Assembly (NCBI GenBank): GCA_043228905.1
Contig: JBHGNT010000009.1
Location: 5,890,001-5,954,000, forward strand
Length of the DNA: 64,000 nt
Origin: Azolla caroliniana
Taxonomy: Eukaryota > Plantae > Polypodiophyta
Direction: 5' to 3'
In this document: positions 58,701-64,000 of the stretch, one piece after another
Layout: the number at the start of each line of letters is the position of its first letter
Position numbering within the stretch: position 1 is the first letter of the stretch
Notes under the pieces: model-generated
The model's database searches: none
The model's input: the letters and a program-made list of their open reading frames with translations, nothing else
What the model was told of the DNA's origin: nothing
Position numbers and translations under genes: made by a program

Positions 58701-60685
58701 TAACTTCTACCGCAAGTTTATACAAGATTACTCGAAGATTATTTTACCTCTCACACAACTTACCAAGAAGGGACAGTCATTTCTTTGGTCCAATGAAGCG
58801 GACATGGCCTTTATGCATCTTAAGAAAGCCTTTACATCAACTCCTATTCTAGCTTGTGTGGATACAAACAAACCATTCATCATGGAGGCCGATGCATTGG
58901 ATTTCGCCCTCGGTAGCATCCTTTCACAACAAGGATATAAAGAAAATTTACATCATGTGGCTTTCCACTCACGCAAATTTGATGCCGTGAAAATTAACTA
59001 TGAGATACATGACAAGGAGTTATTAGCCATCGTGGATTCGTTTGTGCAATGGCAACACTTCTTAGAGGGCTCTCCTCATCAGGTCATCGTCTTCAGTGAT
59101 CACAAAAATCTTGCTTACTTCGAGAACGCTCGTGTACTATATCGAGGGCAAGCTCGGTGGGCCCAATTCCTCACGCATTTTGACTTCAAAATCACATATC
59201 GGCCGGGGAAGCAGCAAGGAAAAGCAGATGCACTATCGCGACATTCATATCTTGCACCTCGTCTGAGTGATCCAACATTTGATAATCAAAAGCAGGTAAT
59301 CTTGGGACCAACACGTTTGCACACAACGCGGATTTTTCACACTCCACTGGATTCCCGGATTATTGATGCCATATGTACCAACTTGAAGACAGATAGTTTT
59401 GCTCAAGACATTCTAGCGCAAATTGATGCCTCTCGAGCATCCTGTTCCCAATTTAAACAACCAGGTATGGACTATCGACAATTCGAATATCATGATGGTT
59501 TAGTATTCTTTAAAAAGCTCGTGTATGTTCCCGATTGCTCCTGTCGCCTTCAAATCGTCCAAAGTTCTCATGACACCCATACAGCTGGACATTTCGGTAT
59601 TACTAAGACGTTGGATCTAGTTTGACGATCCTTTTGGTGGCCCCATATGCGACGTTTTGTTGACGACTATGTTTGGACCTGTGATGGTTGTTGTCGAGCA
59701 AAGATGCCACAACATCATCCATATGGTTTGTTGGAATCCTTACCAATTCCAAGTCGTGGTAGTCCATTTGTCTTGATTTTATCATAGATCTTCTAGTCTC
59801 AAAGGGTTTCGATGCTATCTTAACCGTCATCGATCGATATACTAAGATGACACATTTTGTGCCTTGTACTAAGGCCATCACTAGTGAGGAAACCACAACC
59901 CACTAATGCGCCAACAGTCTTCCAGCACATAGCAAATGATATATTCCGAGATCTCTTGGATGTTTGTTTGATCATCTATTTGGATGATCTACTGGTTTAT
60001 TCGAAGACCCAAGAAGAGCATGATTCTCATGTATTGTTAGTACTAAAATGACTTTGAGAATATGGTCTTTATGTAAAGCTGGAAAAATGTAGTTTCGGGT
60101 GCAACCAGGTGGAATTTCTAGGCTATGTCATCTCCTCGGAAGGAATCTCCATGGATCCAGCTAAGGTCAAAATGGTGGTAGAGTGGCAAACTCTGTGTTC
60201 ATTGCGAGATGTGCAATGCTTTTTAGGCTTTGCCAATTTCTACCGCAAGTTTATACAAGATTACTCAAAGCTTGTTCTGCCTTTCACACAACTTACTAAG
60301 AAGGAACAATCGCTCGTTTGGTCTAAAGAAGCGGACATGGCTTTTGAGAATCTTAAGAAGGCATTTACATCAGCTCCTATTCTAGCTCACGTTGATCCAG
60401 AAAAACCATTCATCATGGAAGAGGACACATCGGATTTCACATTGGGTAGCATTATGTCACAACAAGGTAATTGATGAAAAGCTACATCCTGTGGCTTTTC
60501 ATTCACGCAAGTTTGACGCCACCGAAATCAACTATGAAATTCATGATAAGGAGCTATTAGCAATAGTGGACTCTTTTACGCAATGGAGGCCTTTTCTAGA
60601 GGGATCCTCTTATCAAGTCACCGTATTCAGTGATCACAAAAACCTTGCCTACTTTCAGAGTGCTTGTGTGTTAAATCGACGTCAA
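55721..60685 (+). mobile_element. Ty3/Gypsy LTR retrotransposon (Tf1/sushi/Tcn1-like), 3'-truncated, followed by a second RT-RNase H fragment
   Basis: Putative LTR 55721-56144 with TATAAAA at 55905. Gag 56215-57297 (EPKISLPVKFDG, CLYCGGPGHIAINC), protease LLDSGA, RT (LVVDYRGLN, YLDD), RNase H (HDKELLAIV, ADALSR) and integrase HHCC start. RT-RH repeated at about 59900-60685. Confidence 0.9.
57285..57329 (+). promoter_or_regulatory. Putative -1 ribosomal frameshift signal between gag and pol
   Basis: Heptamer G-TTA-AAC (57285-57291), 6-nt spacer, perfect 11-bp stem GTCCAACCAAA (57298-57308) / TTTGGTTGGAC (57319-57329). Confidence 0.65.
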
Positions 60686-61064
60686 AACACGTTCGCGTTC
60701 ACAAGTGGAAGGATTGTGCATTCCACTTGTAGAATCTTCTTAAAACGAAGAAAATACACCCTCTCTACAATAATTGGATGCACTAGTATCACATGTTCCT
60801 CAACTTGATAAGAATTTGCAAATGTAAAAATACATGATAGATCTACGAGTGGAGATCATTAGAAATCATGCAAGTTTAGACATGTTGATAAGTTAATGTA
60901 TCTAAAAAAAGTTCAACTATGGCTCAATATGGCACTATTGTGCGACAAGGGAAACACTAACTTAAAGACTTATATTAATTAGGTAGGTTTTACAAAAATA
61001 TGAGGTGTACTTGTATCCATACTAATAAAATGAGATATAATTTATACTTTGACCCATACGTGCA

Positions 61065-61335
61065 TGTATGTAATTGTCGAAAATGTAGGATAGTGCACAT
61101 TAGGATAAGTGATTGGAATAACTAACTTATTAAAGTATTCAATACTTGTATTAAAAGTTGATCTAATCTATTCCTCAGTTTGTTCATATGGGATCAAACC
61201 ATATGTGTATATAATTGTGCACAATGTAAGGCAGTGAACTTTAGGATAATGTCGTGGAAATAACAAACCTATTAGGCTTTCATACCTGTATTTAAAATTG
61301 ATTTACTCTATTGCTTAGGTGATTCACACAAGATC
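61065..61335. repeat. Diverged tandem duplication of about 143 bp
   Basis: TAATTGT...AATGTA.G..AGTG.AC.TTAGGATAA...TATT.AAA.TTGAT.TA.TCTATT occurs twice. Confidence 0.65.
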
Positions 61336-61732
61336 AAACTCCGAACGATAACGCAACTGGAACCATTATCAACACACTACACAATCTAAGCAGCAATGGA
61401 ATAGAAACATAATAGTTTTAACAATATAAGACAAAGATCCATAATAACAACATGGACAGTCATGGCAATAATTATAGGGCCATGTTCTGTTAAGGTTAGC
61501 TTGGACCAAAATCAGCCTCCATTTAAGCTAGTTCATGTTTCTCCATAAGTTTGATAGTCAGCTATGCACACGGTGAAACCAATATCATAAATCTACTAAT
61601 CAAGTATATAAAAATAAAATTGAAACATATAGATGATTATAAAGAATAGAATCCACTAGGTAAAACCCAAAATTTGTATTAATAATGTGAAATATTAACA
61701 AATCGTCAGTGTCATATTCTTTATAGAGTCTA

Positions 61733-64000
61733 TTACATAGCAATCAATTCATCAACGTCATTTTCTTCATCATCTTGTGTAGAACTGTCTTCGGCTATAC
61801 GTGCATTGGTTTCCCCTGTTAGCCGGGCCAACGAAATATCTTCTATAAGCTCATCATCAAGCTCTATTAGCTCCCCCGGTTCGCCGGCTAACGGAGGAAT
61901 AGGCTCTCGCGAAGCGGGTTGAAACCTTTCTGTATTGGCGAGGTTCTTTGCACCGACCTCCTCATCCTGGTCTGGGCACTCCCACAAAGCCTTAATCCGC
62001 ATATTAATAAATATAACTTGGTCCTCGTCCTTCTCCAATGCAACTGTATTTCTAAACAGCTTCAATGCACATGCTGACGTAGTTCCTATGATGTAAGTAA
62101 CAAGAAGATTTAGTTGTCAAACGAAAAAAAGTGATTGGTTATCTCAAGATCGTTACCCTAGTTCGAGGAATACCTGTGCCAGAAAAGAGATCTAATATCC
62201 AGTCTCCTTCGACAGAAAACATCTCGATCAAGCGCATCATAAGTCGTTGAGGTTTTTGGTATGGGTTGACAAGTCCCCGTTCTGTCGTGGTGACATGTCG
62301 CAATTTCCGAGTCACTGCTGGATATACCAACAGATTTGAACCTCCCACTTCATTAGAATGCTCTTTGATTCTCTGTTTTTTAATTTCATCGAAGTAGCCA
62401 ACCGTTATGTATTCAATGGCATTAACGAACCGAAAAGTTGGCCCTCTATTTACATTGGTCTTGATCCTATAAAAAATAATTCATCGAGTTAAGAATAGAT
62501 TCAACAACCTTAAGAATTGCAATATAATGAAAGACACCTATAAATAATCCTTACCATGCAAGGTTCTCGATGCCATGGCAACGAGATCTCAAAGCTTGAG
62601 CTACCGAGTACCCTTGGTCCATACAATGAAAGACAACTATTCGCCACAAGGATGCGGTCGTTAGCTCAGCGAAATCCTTGACCATCTTCTCCAATTGTTT
62701 AAACCTAAACGGTTCATCGTCGTATGATGACCCAGCCATTCGAAATCCGTAAGGAATATCCACAATCATTAGCGTATATTCCTTCTTTGGCACCTTCTGG
62801 ATCAAGTCGATGACATCACCGCAAACCACATTGTAGTAAAGATCTCTCGTAATATCTTTTTTGTGGCTAAATTTTTTAAACGAGCCATCTTCCTCCATTT
62901 CGTACGCCTTGACTAAGCGACGATCCTTTTCTTTTCTGGCTCGCTCGAGATGTGCAAGGAAGGATGTAGGGAAATCGTGTATATCCTTAACTTCTCCTTG
63001 TTTCTTGCCTCGACACGGTTTCTAATAGAAGCAATAGGACATCAGGTATTATTATACAAGCTCTACATATGATGAAAGGGTAATGAAAGAACATCAATAC
63101 TAACCCAATCCTTGAATGCAATAAAATACTCTGATAACGCCTTATACGAAGACGTTAGAGGATAATCCTCGGTCACTTGTTCCCATGTTATACATCCAAG
63201 TTGTTTCATCATTACTTCTTGGATCTTCATGTACACCTTATGACTGTAAAATTAGAAATCAAGATTAGAACTTTGAATTACACCAGATAGACTACAATTT
63301 CAGTATTTGAAAGACTTACTTATTGAACTCGGTGACCATTTCTTCAAGGCTTAAATCTTTCGCCACAACCCTTGACAAAACCGACACAAGAAGCTGCTCG
63401 TCCTTAATACCTTGCATCGCTCTCCATAGAGACAGCTTCATGTCGTCTGCCGCTTCTTCAATTGTCAAGTCAATTTTCTTGGCGGCTTGTGACTTTAATT
63501 CTAGTTGAGGGTCAACTCTACATTTCTTTTGTCGTTGACCCTTTACCTCCTTATTCTCCCACATTGTGAAGATTTGATCTTGGAGGTCCCATACTTCTCC
63601 ATCTCTAAACGCCAATTGAAACCAAGATTCATACTTTCGAAGACCATCGGACCTAACATTATCATCTACCACAATGCCGACTTCATGCAGACATTGACGT
63701 CGAAGGCCTGGATGTAACTTCACACCAAACTTTTGTTTCACATCTAAATACTCGTGGTGGAAGAACCGGATACGCTCAATAGACGACATTTTCTGCCTAT
63801 AGTCATTATCATTATTATGGTCCCATGCCAACAGCTTAGCCTCTTCGGTTGTGAGTCCAACATAAATTTTGCACTCGGCATACTTGAAGAAGAAAGTGGT
63901 TGGATGTTCTCTCACAAGTTGTCGACGTGCCTCTGCTGAATGCGATCCACCAATGACAAAATAATTATATTGATCATGCTTTCTGATATCAAAATCTTCA
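61733..64000 (-). CDS. Spliced ParB/Srx-like domain plus beta-class N6-adenine/N4-cytosine DNA methyltransferase fusion; exons >64000-63320, 63243-63105, 63021-62555, 62466-62174, 62085-61733; 5' end outside the window
   Basis: Four GT-AG introns (76, 83, 88, 88 nt) join into one stop-free frame of at least 643 aa. It has YFVIGGSHSAEARRQL...CKIYVGLTTEEAKLLAWDHN (ParB-like), then VVCGDVIDLI...LMIVDIPYG (motif IV), NPYQKPQRLMMRLIEMFSVEGDWILDLFSGTGTTSACALKLFRNTVALEKD (motifs X, I, II) and an acidic tail. Confidence 0.85.

Noticed and set aside
61733-64000. Bacterial or phage contamination as the source of the methyltransferase
   Set aside because: The frame depends on four spliceosomal GT-AG introns and is contiguous with plant retroelements.

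Overview
AT-rich eukaryotic DNA from a land plant. It is most likely a large-genome seed-free plant such as a fern; this is inferred from the PLS-type PPR remnants, the LTR families and the dense microsatellites. Host genes: the last three exons of a PP2A scaffold A subunit (+, 156-1722), a complete five-exon filament-like plant protein gene (-, 14232-9314, about 1183 aa) and decayed PPR remnants (about 20.9-23.1 kb). The rest is mostly transposable elements: three related Ty1/Copia copies, two hAT-type MITEs with 8-bp TSDs, two inverted Mutator-like copies whose 9-bp TSDs are swapped (an inversion footprint), a LINE endonuclease fragment and a Ty3/Gypsy element with a self-priming-type PBS and a -1 frameshift signal. 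The most striking item is at the right edge. There, an intact spliced gene (at least 5 exons, - strand, 61733 to beyond 64000) encodes a ParB/Srx-like domain fused to a prokaryote-type beta-class amino (N6-mA or N4-mC) DNA methyltransferase. All calls come from reading motifs by eye; no database searches were run.
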